Assembly: GCA_905331295.1 (NCBI GenBank)
Contig: CAJNYD010000039.1
Coordinates: forward strand, 186,001 to 250,000
Length of the DNA: 64,000 nt
Direction of reading: 5' to 3'
DNA from: Rotaria socialis
Taxonomy: Eukaryota
A program made the position numbers and the translations under genes. This document shows, in pieces, positions 42,154-54,580 of the stretch. Position 1 is the stretch's first letter; each line of letters starts with the position of its first letter. The notes beneath the pieces are model-generated. The model was not told the DNA's origin. It saw only the letters and a program-made list of their open reading frames with translations, and ran no database searches.

Positions 42154-42560
42154 GAGTAGCTGTCTAATTCGAGTTCGAATATAAATGGAGAAAAGAAAAA
42201 GTTTAACTAAAACGAAATCTAGGAATAGATTTAGTTTTAGTTTAACTTTTCGATATAAGCGACATATGAATACATATATACCCTTCGCCAAAACCCACAT
42301 TTGAGCACCCCCCCCCCCATGGCACCCTTCACCCATACCCACACATTTGAGCANTTTCTAATCGACTTTATTGTTAGCACTGCTGGCCAGCCACTCCATG
42401 TTAAACTAAATAAAAAACTAAATCTATTTCTATCACTTGTTTTCGAATTGATACCATGCAGTTGGGTGTCCATTTATGTTCAAATTCGAACTAGGCATCT
42501 CGTGGTGAACAGGAGCTCAAGCTCGATACCCAACATTTACACCCACACTCACACTCACCA
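42154..42560. repeat. Hairpin-rich repeat copy 2, then an N, a 45-bp inverted GT32 fragment and a diverged inverted arm
   Basis: 42154-42344 matches 5854-6101. 42355-42399 is the reverse complement of 43502-43546 with 2 mismatches. About 42469-42500 resembles the reverse complement of 42154-42190. Confidence 0.8.
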
Positions 42561-43029
42561 ATCGATAGAACTCGTAAATATGAGCCGAGTCGCTTAGATT
42601 TTGGCGTTGGTACAAGTTATAGGGCGAATCGGTAGATAAAGTATCACAAAATTTCCAAATTTCACAGGTGTTTCGGGTATTTTAGACTCATGAGTTTTTA
42701 ATGTGATAGGTTTGAACACTCTACTAGATAGAACTCATCGAACTGCATCAAATGATATACTTTTCAAAAGTGCCACATTCTAGACATCGAATGTATTTAG
42801 GAAATATGAAGTGAATGCATGTTTCCCATGGTGATGAATCGTATTTTGATCGGTATTTCTATTGCTTTCATAGTATCGCAATTTTTGAACATATAGCATC
42901 AGATAGAGCTCATCAAGTTCTATCTGGAATGCTACATTCAACAAATGGCACCATTGATGAAACAAATCGTTCCAGGAAAAATTCGAATTTGTCGCTAACT
43001 TCCTTTACATGTTTATGCACTAATTTTGA

Positions 43030-43151
43030 AAATTTAGCCGATTTTAATTTCAAACAATTTACTTTAGTTTATTTAAATTTCTTGAATTTAAATTTTTGAA
43101 AATTTTGCTACCGATTTAATAAATTTTTTAAATTTAAATTCGGCATCTCTA
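43030..43151 (-). mobile_element. hAT-like MITE terminus overlapping the GT32 gene's 3' end
   Basis: Minus strand reads tagagatgccgaatttaaatttaaaaaatttattaaatcg..ttttcaaaaa, resembling the TIR (taggggtgccaattta) and interior (~58420-58465) of the 58007-58618 MITE. Confidence 0.6.
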
Positions 43152-44089
43152 ATCCACACCCACAGTACCGCATATGCTCGGTCCCATTTGAAGAACAAGG
43201 TTAAGATGCAAATAATTACAATTGCAATCACAAATAACTTGGGCTGGCGGTAAATTCGATGTCCTTTCGAGTAAATGTAGAGTAAAACCTTGTCATCTAG
43301 GGTGTGCCACGTACGTCCTTCTCCTCTCCAGACAAAGCAGTCAGTGACAGTAGAAGTCAATATTCGCACCGCTTGTTGCTCCGATGATTTGAAAAGACGT
43401 TCTTGGATTATGACATAAAGAGGACCGGCACTCATATATACAGTCAAATAGTGAAAAAGAAAATTATAATTAAATAGATGAAGTCGAGAAATGAGCTGCT
43501 TATGGAATGGATGGCCAGCAGTGCTAACAATAAAGTCGATTAGAAAACCGAACCCATCATCGGTGGGAAAAGCAAGTAGATGAGGTGAGTCTGGATCAAG
43601 TGCCTCCAATGTAGCTAACAAGTCTTTGAATGGACGATTGCAGCCACTATCCATATCAATGTAGATACCACCCAAATGATACAGTACCACATTGCGAAAC
43701 GAGTCAGCACGTTGAATATTGTATTTATAGGTGATATATGTATTTTTATAGAACTCAGGCTCATGCTTTCGAACAAATGCGTGCATTTTTTCGTCTGTCC
43801 ATAGGTAGTGCTTGAATTCGTTGACATTCTTCGTAATTACTGAATAATGTGATGCATTCCATTGCAAAGGCACATTATTTGTACGCCAAGTCTGATGAAT
43901 CAATCGAGGGATACGACGTCGAACCCCAGTAGCATTTACAAATCGAGTTAAATCTGTCTCTTCTACCATCCGAATAGGCGAACGACGCCGCAGTACGTAA
44001 CGTATCGTGTAATAACCAGTTAATAATAGAATTATAACGATGAGGATACTACTGTACCGTGTGATATACTTTCTTTGTATCGTAGCCAT
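43088..44089 (-). CDS. GT32 DxD glycosyltransferase (SUR1/CSH1-like MIPC synthase / OCH1 family), intronless
   Basis: IPRLIHQTW, YLWTDE, IQRADSFR..VLYHLGGIYIDMD, GHPF and SAGPLYV; N- and C-terminal TM segments. Confidence 0.9.
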   Translation of the reverse strand: MATIQRKYITRYSSILIVIILLLTGYYTIRYVLRRRSPIRMVEETDLTRFVNATGVRRRIPRLIHQTWRTNNVPLQWNASHYSVITKNVNEFKHYLWTDEKMHAFVRKHEPEFYKNTYITYKYNIQRADSFRNVVLYHLGGIYIDMDSGCNRPFKDLLATLEALDPDSPHLLAFPTDDGFGFLIDFIVSTAGHPFHKQLISRLHLFNYNFLFHYLTVYMSAGPLYVIIQERLFKSSEQQAVRILTSTVTDCFVWRGEGRTWHTLDDKVLLYIYSKGHRIYRQPKLFVIAIVIICILTLFFKWDRAYAVLWVWIRDAEFKFKKFIKSVAKFSKI

Positions 44090-46514
44090 ACTATTAATCT
44101 GTAAGGTAGCACGAAAAAAACGACATGGAATCCCCTATGAAAAAGAATAATTTATGGAACTAAGACGAGCCATAATTATTCCTCAATGAATGACTCAAAA
44201 GAATGATTGACAGATAGTAAGTATTTAATTCCTATAAAATAAAAAATAACATTTTCAATGAGAATTTTTGGTTCACTTCTGACACTTTTTCTAACTAGAC
44301 GTATTTTCTCTTTTGAATTTTAGAATCTCAAGTCCTGGTATATATATAGGTCAATAAACCTACTAAACACAAAAATGCAGTCATTTCAATCGGAATTTAA
44401 AAATTGGCATGAGTCAACTTACCAAAAACAGTTTCCTAAGTTTTGGGAGTAGGATTGCGGTTTGTTGAATATTATATATATTCAGATCGACATGATAGTG
44501 CAATCACAGTGACGCTCGTGATTGGCTTGGTTGTTTGCATTTCTTTGCCGTTACTTATTGATTTCATTGACTGTGTATATAGGCTAATATAATGTGCGCA
44601 TGTCATTATCATCTACGTAATGCTTTGGTGTTCCTTTTTCTATAACTATATATCTTTCATCCGCTAAGCGCTCACTCTTATGGCACCAAGGCAATTGCTT
44701 TTGTATTTCTTGCTTTATAGATCCCTTTTCCTCTCATTCTTTGTTTAATTATTCTCTCACTTTCTATCTGCCCTTCTCTCTCTCTCTCTCTCGTTGTGCC
44801 ATATAAACTTAAACGTTGGATGCAAACTGTACGGCTATTGATATGAAGAAGTTAAATAAAGCGTATTATCATTCATATATGCACATCTTTCATCAAAAAT
44901 TGTCACACACAGATTACTCATTCATCGTGGGCGTCCATCGCAAACCTCTAAATCGTCGTACAAAACAGAAAGCCATGATGTAACCATTCTATTTATCACA
45001 TTGAATTTTGTGATTGCTCGTCAATCGCTGCACATTTCTTCTCATTCTCACCGAGTAACATGAACAAGTGCGTTTCAAATATCTTCGTTACTCGGCATCC
45101 AATACAAAACCCCCATGAATTTCATTATGATCAAGTTGCATTGAATAAGCATCATACTGTGATCCCGCTGTGACACGTAATCATACACAATTGTAGTGTA
45201 CGTGGACATTACGCGTATTTGTACTTTGGTTGTTCAAAAAGGGGAGGCATGAATCGGATGAATAGCTAATTATCTAGAAAGGTATTTTCGTCGACAAGTG
45301 ATAAGAAGGGTAGGTGGATGAATGGAAGAGCAGCAGACCCACATCCTCACCTTCCAATAAAACATGCTATTACACAGTAGAAAGAAAACAGTGTGTGGCA
45401 GTGAATTCATCAAAAGAAAAAGTAAATTTATATTTTAATTCAATTTTAACGAAAACCTATTTTTTCCTACATCTCTTTTGGCAACAAGGCGCAAAAAATA
45501 ACGCACGGTGTTTTTTTTCTCAAGCTTTATGAGTGTCAAAGTTGACTGTATACGAAATCAGAAGCAGAGTCAAGTTATTCGATTGCATGGAGTTCGATTT
45601 GTGTATGGAATAATGTCAAACGCTGTTAAATGATGCTGGCGAGTACTAATCGAGCGAATGGTTTTGATAGAAAGAGGTATATCTGAACTGCAAATCTTGT
45701 ATCAGACATATTCTGTCAGAATAGTTTTGGAAAGGAGAAAAACCAAAGTCCAGGCACCTCAAAAACATTGCTTGTAACCTCATCTTTTAACAACGTAATT
45801 TTCGGTCTTTATTGATTTTTTTAAAATTTGCAACAGAATGGACAAACAAGTTGAATAATATTTCTTGTAGCACAAAGAATATCTTTCGTATAGTGTATGA
45901 CAAACCAAAAATGAATTCCTTTATAAACGTTGCAAAAATAATTTAGCTGACGTATGATTTCTGAAGATCATTACTGCTATTCTTGCAGGCTGAGTTCTTC
46001 GAAAAAGACTTTGTTTCTTCGAAATAATCATTTTACAAACCTTCCATCAAAGATTCAAGAGTGAATTTAAAAACAACTGACAAAGTTGATCTCGATAGAG
46101 TTTTTGGACGTTACAAATGATTTTTTTAAAAATTGCTTGGTCTGTAGCTTTTCTCTCTTTTGAGAATGTTCCTAATAAAATATGCCTGGTACAAAATTTG
46201 TAGTCTAGACTTCACTCTTACTATTGAAAAATAATTCGTTCGATTCTAAGTCTCTATTTTGACCTAAAAATGTTTGCATTAGTAAATTTTACCAATATTC
46301 GCGTTTTACTACACTGCTGCTTGAAACTGGTGGTGAATAAACGTTGAAATAACAGGTAGAAGAACTTGTTCAAACACTGTTGTAAGCTTCGGAAGAAATT
46401 ATTTACTATAAGCAGAGGTGAACTATGTTGAATTTACTACGTACAGTGGTCACTTCTTCGAAAATAATATATGGTTCCTTATTTCCAGTTTTCCTGAGGT
46501 GTCGTTCTCACAGA

Positions 46515-46642
46515 CCCATGTGAATGAATCTGATGAGATTTCATGTTGAAGAACTACTCATGGATCCTACAGGAACTCGTCGATTTTATCAAAATTCACA
46601 TGAAATCTGATCGGATCCGATTGTCGGAATAATTCTCTCGGG
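46515..46642. mobile_element. Short degenerate member of the 11983-12300 MITE family
   Basis: cccatgtgaatgaatctga ... tcggaataattctctcggg. Confidence 0.6.
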
Positions 46643-47816
46643 AATACTCTATTAAAAGAAAGTCAATTGTGATCGAACAAGAAAAGATAATATATGCTAT
46701 CTTGTGTTGGTCGCCAACTTTTGTTGTGCAGCTGCTACTAGTACGTACCGTTATCAAGTGAGAAACGAAACAATAATTGAGTTCATTGCTGTGAAAAAAG
46801 TGCTACCGACTGGTTTTCTCTCTCCCTGAACTCCTTGGCAAGGCTGTGAGTAATACTTAATACATTTGATCGCTCTTGAATCAAAATTTCTTTGCCAAAA
46901 GACATGAACCATGTGCACTGAAAGCAATATTCAGTTGCTTGACATTTTTAATGGAAAAAATTGTGTCGAAAACTCACACTCAGTTTAACTTCGAAGGCGT
47001 TTTTACATTTTGTGTTGAAAGTTCACATAGTTGACTTTCACCGTTAATTGCAATTTTTTTAAAATTTTGTTCCTAAAAGTAACACTCGGAAGTGCCTACA
47101 TGATAATATGAGGATGAGGTTCAACTAAGCTATTTAAATAATAAGCAATAACATAAAAACTTTGATTTCTATTACCACCACCAATATCGTTATATCAAAT
47201 ATTAACTCAGATGGGTATATTAAAAACTCAATAAATTTTAGATTCAAAAAAGAATAAGACGCATCGTGACCATAGCTTACACAGTCATCATCGAGTATCT
47301 GATGATTTTGTTACGAATTATGAAAATTTTGAAAATTATATCGATTTTGTTCTTTTCGACTGTACATATAATATTGATTCCTATATTAAATTGGGATAAT
47401 ATTTAATCTTACGGCTTCTTTTAATATAATACGAATGTTATTATGTAGAAATGAATTCTAAATAAATCTGATGGGTCGTTTAAAAAAAGAGCCAAAAGTC
47501 ATATTCGACTTGGAATCTATATTTACATTTTGACAAACCTCTGACGCTTAGCACAAAAAAAAACATGCGTCGTGGATGCATTGTTCTCTCGCTCAAAGTA
47601 TTTAAAAATTGGTTCATTCATGAAGTTCATTGAATATAATATTTTGAAAGCTATTTCAATTTATTTTTTTAAAATATTAGTAAGAAAAAAGATGAAATTC
47701 TAAATAGTTTTAACAAAATTTATGAATTTCAATTTATTTAGCAGTAAAAACACCATCCCACAATATTGAGCGATTATATACGTATTAACTGATAGAAAAT
47801 GAAAAGATAATAACAA

Positions 47817-50800
47817 TTACCATGCAATACGTGCCACAAAACCAAGTGGATATTTCCGTATGCATAATTTTCGTAGTTCATCAATAATTAGCCAGAGCAT
47901 ACCGAAACCAAGTGTTGGCATGATATATTTGGCCGGTACGCGGCCTGTGCCTAAAATACGATTAAACCAACCAATTTGTGAGAAAAATAACTGAATAGCA
48001 ATAGATATGAGCATGGCACCAAAAATGTATAAATTTTGACCTTTACCCCAAAAAGGATTATGTTGAATAATAGATGCATATCGAGTACGTGTAGCGAAAA
48101 AATTGAAAAATTGAAAAAGACACATTGAACAATAATAAACAGATTGCGCTACATTATTCATCGATTTTAACTGATCCGTTGTATAGGGAGTAGTGCCATT
48201 AAGACCGAAGTTTTCATAAGTAAACAGAAATGACTTCAATGGGACACCATTGTCAATCCAATAATAACAAAAGCAGAAAAATGCTGTGAAACATTCGAGA
48301 TTTCCAACAAAAAAATAAGCATGATTAAGAAGTTTTATATCGAGTAAATGATCTTTTCCACGAGTCGATGGTGGTCGAGACATAATATCACGTTCAGGCT
48401 TTTCTGTTACCACTGCTAATGACATAACTACATCTGAATAAGAAAGAATATCAAATGAAAATGTTATATACAATAAAATTCAGTATTGATGTAACATACC
48501 ATTAAGCATACAGAAAACTGTAGCCCAAAGAGCAGACAAAGCTAATGGCATACCAAACCATAAATTAAAGAAAACAGGCCAAATTTGTGACCAAGAGCCT
48601 AAGATTTTAACCAAACAATTATTTTGAGAAATTCATCAAAATATTGTTACCTCCGGGTAATAGATAAATGGATACTTTCTTTAAATTATCGTTTAATAGA
48701 CGACCGTTTTCAATTGCTTGAATAATCGATGCAAAACTGTTATCGAGTAGAATCATATCACCAGCTTCTTTCGATACTTCTGTACCAGATTCTATGGCTA
48801 TACCAAGATGAGCAGATTTAAGTGCTGGTACATCTTTAGCTTTAGTGCCTGTAACAGCGACGATTTCAGCACGACGTTGAAATTCTGAAACGATGCGCAA
48901 TTTTTGTTCGGGTGATATTCGTGCAAAAACTAATTCTTGATGAGATAAAACCCAATCCCATAGAAAATCATCCATAAAGTCAATATCTGTACCGGCAACC
49001 TATTGATTGAAGAAAAAAATATCTGAAGTAACTCAATAAAATAAAAGGCTAACCACAATTCCATAAGGAATATATTCCATTTTAGTTGCTTTTGGGAGAT
49101 TTGATTTAGGTTCACTAATTTGATTTCGACACGATGCCCAAGCTCGCTTGTACCAGGGTAGATTCTGCTCAGATTGCGCCTCATCAACATTGATCGAACT
49201 TTGGTCATTTTTTTTGTTCGAATCAAGGGATGTCACTTGATCAGAAATGTACTGATTCAACAATTGCTCATTTCGATACATATTGATAGCCATTTGACCA
49301 TTGGCGTCTTTTTCGATTTTGAATGTATCTAAACCATTCATTTCCGATATTTCTGGTGTTAAAATATGAACTTGTTTTGCAATAGCTTTAGCCATCGTTG
49401 GATGATCGCCGGTAACCATGGCTACACGAATCTGAGCACGGCGAGCTTTAAAAGTGGCATCGAGCACTTCTGGTCGGGGTGGATCCAGTAAGGTGAAAAA
49501 ACCAATAAAGCAATAATCATTCGATGGAAATCCATTGAGATCTTCAGCATCGGCCAATGATTGGAAACGATATGCTTCTTTGTATCGTTCCATCATTCGA
49601 TCATATTTTTGTTGAGTCAACCTTTGTTGACACATGGCGATGACACGATAACCATTTTTTCCTAGAAACGTTCAAATTAAAGAAAAAAAAATAGATCCTA
49701 TAATTTTATTATCACATCATTCATCGCACCTAATTCTTCGTGTCGATGAAACAATGCCTGTTTCATGTCGGCATTCAATGGTAAAATCTCATCATTGTTG
49801 GTTTTGTATGATAAACAACGTTGAATAACAATATCTGGTGCACCCTTCATTATAATTAAAACGGTACGTTCGCTTTCTAAAACCGATGGATCACTTGATT
49901 CAATTTGATTAGCCGATATCATAAATTTATTCGATGAATTAAATGGCAAAACTTTCAAACGAGGATTTAACTTACGTACAGCATCTAAATCAACATGGCA
50001 TCGATCAACGCATAAATTGTAAAGAGCTGTATCAGCTGAATCACCTACGAGACGTAATTCAGATTTCATTTTAGATATGTCTTGTTCAAGTTGAGGATGA
50101 TGAACAATCTTGTTTTCAGCATTATTACATAGACAAGCGCCGAGAAGAAGATCACGAAATGCTTGAATTTGAACTTCACTGGCCACATGCGGAATCTGAT
50201 TTTTCTCATGATCATCATCGAATGATGGCATGCGTTGTGGTACGTGGAGACTACCACTTGAAAATACTCGTCCAATCGAAACGACATCATTTGATAGGCG
50301 ACGAACTGAACTTAACATTCCACTTGATACACGACGAATCGTTTGAAGAAGAGTTTCTTGTGGAGCTGTTTCAGGTTCTGGTGTAGGTACTTTATAGCTG
50401 CCATTCGTATCCCATAAGAGATGGGTAACTGTCATCTTATTTTGAGTTACTATTCCTGTTTTATCAGTAGCAATAACTGAGATGGAATTGAAAGTCTCCA
50501 TTATTCGTAAGCTTTTAACTATTATACGTTGTCGATACATTTTTTTAGCTACAAATGTTAGTACTAAAATACAAAAATTGAAATATAAATTCTTTACATT
50601 AGAATCATTTCGTGTTGGCATAAATTAAATATATATCAATAAATAAATGTCTTATATGGGCATATTCTATGCCTCATACTCGAGAAAGTAGTAATCATGT
50701 ACCAAATATATAGTACAATGATATTTCTATAGCATATGGACAAAATGACTATGCTACATGCGAAATCTTGCCAAATGTTCATTTATGACTCACCTATGGT

Positions 50801-51900
50801 CACAGTCGATGGCAAACCTAGAGGCAAAAATGCGACTGTCATGCCGATGGAATTGACAATATTTGAGTTATAGGAAATAAATTCATGATGATCTGGATTG
50901 AGCCATGCTGCCCAAGTGATCCACAATATGGTAATAGAGACAATAGTAGCGACACAAATAAATAAAACAAAACGATTAACTTCACGATGTAGACCAGTGA
51001 CATCATTACTAGATTTATTCCGTAATAATCGTGTCATTTTACCCAAAACAGTATTGTCACCAGTGGCAATAACTAACGCTTCACCAGTGCCCTGCTCGAC
51101 GATTGATGAAGAAAATCCAATATTAGTTGATTTCATAAAGTTTTCACTCGTACAATGTACTGTTGGCGTAACAGGTTTCAATTTGTCAGTTAATTCCGAT
51201 ATAGTGATCTAGGTTTATTCATAATAAAAAGAAAATTCCTTAAAAAGATAATTACTTTGAGTTCATCACAGATCAAAAATCGACAATCCGCTGGTAATTT
51301 ATCACCGATACGAATGAGAATAATATCACCTGGTACAATTTGTTCAGCAAATATTTGTTGTTCTTCACCATCACGTCGAACAGTCACAATTGTTGGCAAT
51401 AATTTTGAAAAGGATGCGACAATTTTAATTGATTTTATTTCTTGATAAACATTTAACATTGAATTAAAAACTACAACTAGGATAAGTACTACAGCAAGTG
51501 CTAAATTTGTTATCGATGGATTCGGTTCACCAAATGGTTTATAAGCTAAGAAAGTAAGAATACTGGCAATCCAGAGAATAGCATTAAAACCAATGAATAG
51601 TTCATTGATAAATAACCGTAAATAGCTTGGTTGTTTAGGTGGTGTGGTTTTATTTGCACCATATTGAACTTGTGCATTAATGACAGAAGCAGCTGACAAA
51701 CCATATCGTGGATTCGTATGAAAACGTTGATAGAGATCATCAAGAGGAATTATATGAACATCTTGTTCAAGACGAGATCTATCCACAGTAGCCCAAAGAT
51801 CAACAATTGAATCGTGTCGTTCATCTGTTTTCTGCCCAATATCGATGGTAGTTATTGGAGGAATGTGCTGTTCTTCGATTTCGACACCTTGATTATTCAT
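47817..51900 (-). CDS. P-type ATPase, type IIC-like (X+,K+-ATPase) fold, 7 exons, with degenerate catalytic motifs
   Basis: Conserved VPGDI..GDKLPADCR, DKTG, FNSSNKF, MKGAPD, LDPPR, MVTGDHP, FARISPEQK and ILLDNSFASI..GR...DNLKK plus C-terminal TM helices. All six introns are GT-AG and keep frame. Confidence 0.92.
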
Positions 51901-52937
51901 AATTGGATGAGTTTAGTGCACAATATTGATGTTTAAATATTCTATCTAAAATATTACTATATGCGATTTGCATGATAAAAACTTTCAAATTTTCGTTTGT
52001 AAAGGAATATTTGTCATGAGCATATTAATTTAGTCGTTGTCTAGATTAAATTGCACATTTCAAAAGGAATAACTATTTCATCAAACGAAAATAAGAATCT
52101 AGTTCATGCTCTCAATAAACCTATAGTGAATGCATCTGCTAGAATATGCTTACTTCGCGGTGTCGTGTATATCTATGTGAATCAGACAAAAACGAAATTT
52201 CACCAAGCAATGAAAAATGACATATTGCATCCTGGTTGACAGTCTCATTCAATGCTTCTTAACTACAAAAATGTAGTCAATAGTGATCAACATGAACAAA
52301 TGATATGACAATCAAATGCGCATGAATGCATAGTTACCTATGATTTTTTACAGGTACTCACCTGCTCTTTATACGTATAAACATAGAATGAAGGATAAGC
52401 TAGCTATGTTGACGTGTAAGCATACTCTTTTGATAACAGTCAGCACTTTATTTTGGCGCGTTGCGCTTGAACGAATGCATTTATTTATTCATCAATCATC
52501 TTAAACTAAATTTAAGTGGGACCTGCCGTAATTTGCAAAACGATGTGCGACAAATGCCTGTACTATGCATTCGTCACATTTTGTGACTAAATTCGCATGC
52601 TTTTATTATAATACATATTTTATAGTTTCTATAATTTCGACGATAAATGTATTCATAATTTATATTTAAGATTGTGTATTTAGTAGCAAAAAACTTCATT
52701 TTATTCTGTTATATTTATTTATTGAAGAAATCAATCTTTAAAAAAGAAAAACGTAAAAAAAATTATTTCAAGTGGATAGTATTTTTTCATATTCAAAAAT
52801 GACATTTAGAGCTGCTAAAATTAATTTTCTTGCAAGAGAAGTCATATTTTTAACTTTGTCGTTGTTTCCATTAAGTGCAAAATAATCCAATATTTTGAAG
52901 ATTGGCTTACTGTAAGCTGAAACTTTAATAGAACATA

Positions 52938-53143
52938 CCCAAGCAGACAAAATTTTTCAAACACGTGTTTAAGCGCACCAAAAAAGGACCAAAAATCGAA
53001 AAAAAGAGGACGTGTTTGGATAACAGTCGGAGTTCCAGACTGTGAGCGAAAAACGCCCAGTTTTCACCCTTCTTGTGCGTTTAAACGAGTTTCAGCAAAA
53101 AAAAGCGTTTAAACGCATGCTTGAAAAATTTTGTCTGCTTGGG
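52938..53143. mobile_element. TA-flanked MITE with ~38-bp TIRs
   Basis: ta-cccaagcagacaaaatttttcaa ... ttgaaaaattttgtctgcttggg-ta. Confidence 0.92.
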
Positions 53144-53815
53144 TAGTTCCCTCTACTGAAAGGAGGGTATTATGAAAAACGAGTTCAATGTGTTCGTTCA
53201 TCTGCTCGTAAGTTCATTTGTTCGTTTGCACAAAACAAAAAAAAATGTTTTTTGACCTCTTTCATGGAAATGCGCTAAAACGCTTGTCTGGCCGTTTTTG
53301 GGGTCGGGGAATCCGAATCCGATGCTAGTTTTTTGAAATTTTGTTTCTTGCTTTTTTTAGGAGAGAGAAAGACTTATTTAGAAAACAAAAACAGTTTTTT
53401 AAAAGGGTTAACCGAATACAATCGGGATCGAGAAACTCGAATCCGGTGTCAGAACTTCAAAGATTTTTAATCCTCAATTTTGTTTAGGAAAAAAAATGTT
53501 TTTTGAGAAAATAATTTTTGTCATAAAGTTTGACGAAAGGCTTTCGTGGTCGAAGAAATTGAATCCGAGGTCATGTTTTTGAAGTGTTGCTTTTCACTTT
53601 TTTTTAGGGAGAGAGAGTGACATTTTTAAGAAATAAAGGATTTTGTATAAGGTTTGACCAAAATGCTTTGGGGCGGGTTTATTAGATTTCAAGTGTAGTG
53701 TTAGCTTTAATATGTATAAAATGAAAAGGATATAAAAGGAATGAAAGAGTCATATATTAAGAGCGAAGAGAGACAAGCCGTGTCACTGATATTATGTGAC
53801 AGAACGAAGAAAAAA

Positions 53816-53888
53816 TGAGCTTTGTGGGACTCGAACCCACACCTTGCGCTATCCGGGCAGATGTCCTAACCAGTCAGACTAGAAGAAC
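53816..53888 (-). ncRNA. tRNA-like Pol III unit (pseudo-tRNA / SINE-like head)
   Basis: 73 nt with A box TAGTCTGACTGG, D-stem GTCT/GGAC, perfect T-arm GTGGG-TTCGAGT-CCCAC, and T6 immediately downstream (53810-53815). Acceptor and anticodon stems are mismatched. Confidence 0.75.
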
Positions 53889-54483
53889 ATCTTAATCTTC
53901 GTTTAGCGTTAGTAAGTTACATCACTAACACATGAGCTTCTGAAAAAGTAAAACTAAGTGACTAGAAACTGACGAGTGATAGGTATTTTCGAAAGCGTTT
54001 AGTAGTAGCACAACGACGTTATTAGTGGCTATGACCCTGAACAAATAAATATAGTTGATTCAAATAAGATAAAGGCCTTCGCTGGATTGAATATTAAATG
54101 CTTAATGGTCTTTCATAGTTCAGGCAAGTTTATAATGCATTAGGAGCTTTTTAGATCGTCACATTTTTACGATAGGAATTCATTGTAGGAAAATGTTTTA
54201 AGGGTACCATTCGATGATGTTTATAGTGGTAGATGTATCGTATGTTTAAATGAGATATTATTACGAATAGGCTATAGGCACCTTGTGGTGGAATTGATTC
54301 TCAATTTGGCAACGGCTAGCCACTTAGTTAAGAGTCTGTTGTGGTTATAAGACTACAGGCCTTGTAGACTTATAGAATCGCCACACGTTGCCTCGATCAG
54401 AAAAGCTGAAACAATTTTCGGGTGTGGGTGTGTGGTGAAGGGCGTACACAGCGAGAACACACACATCACAGCCCCCATATTTT

Positions 54484-54580
54484 TAGGACCTTAGTAGACC
54501 TTAGTAGACCCTAGTAGACGCTAATAGACCCTCGTATAACCTGGTAGACCATGGTAGATCCTGTTGGCCCTGCTAGACCC
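54484..54580 (+). repeat. Degenerate ~10-bp tandem array (ctagtagacc)
   Basis: ttagtagacc ttagtagacc ctagtagacg ctaatagacc ... ctggtagacc atggtagatc. Confidence 0.75.

Noticed and set aside
50066..51743. Overlapping or antisense ORFs within the ATPase (and similar ones in other genes)
   Set aside because: Short shadow frames of real exons with no recognisable motifs.
53816..53888. Functional tRNA-Ser(GGA)
   Set aside because: Acceptor and anticodon stems are mismatched, position 33 is C and there is no long variable arm; kept only as tRNA-like.
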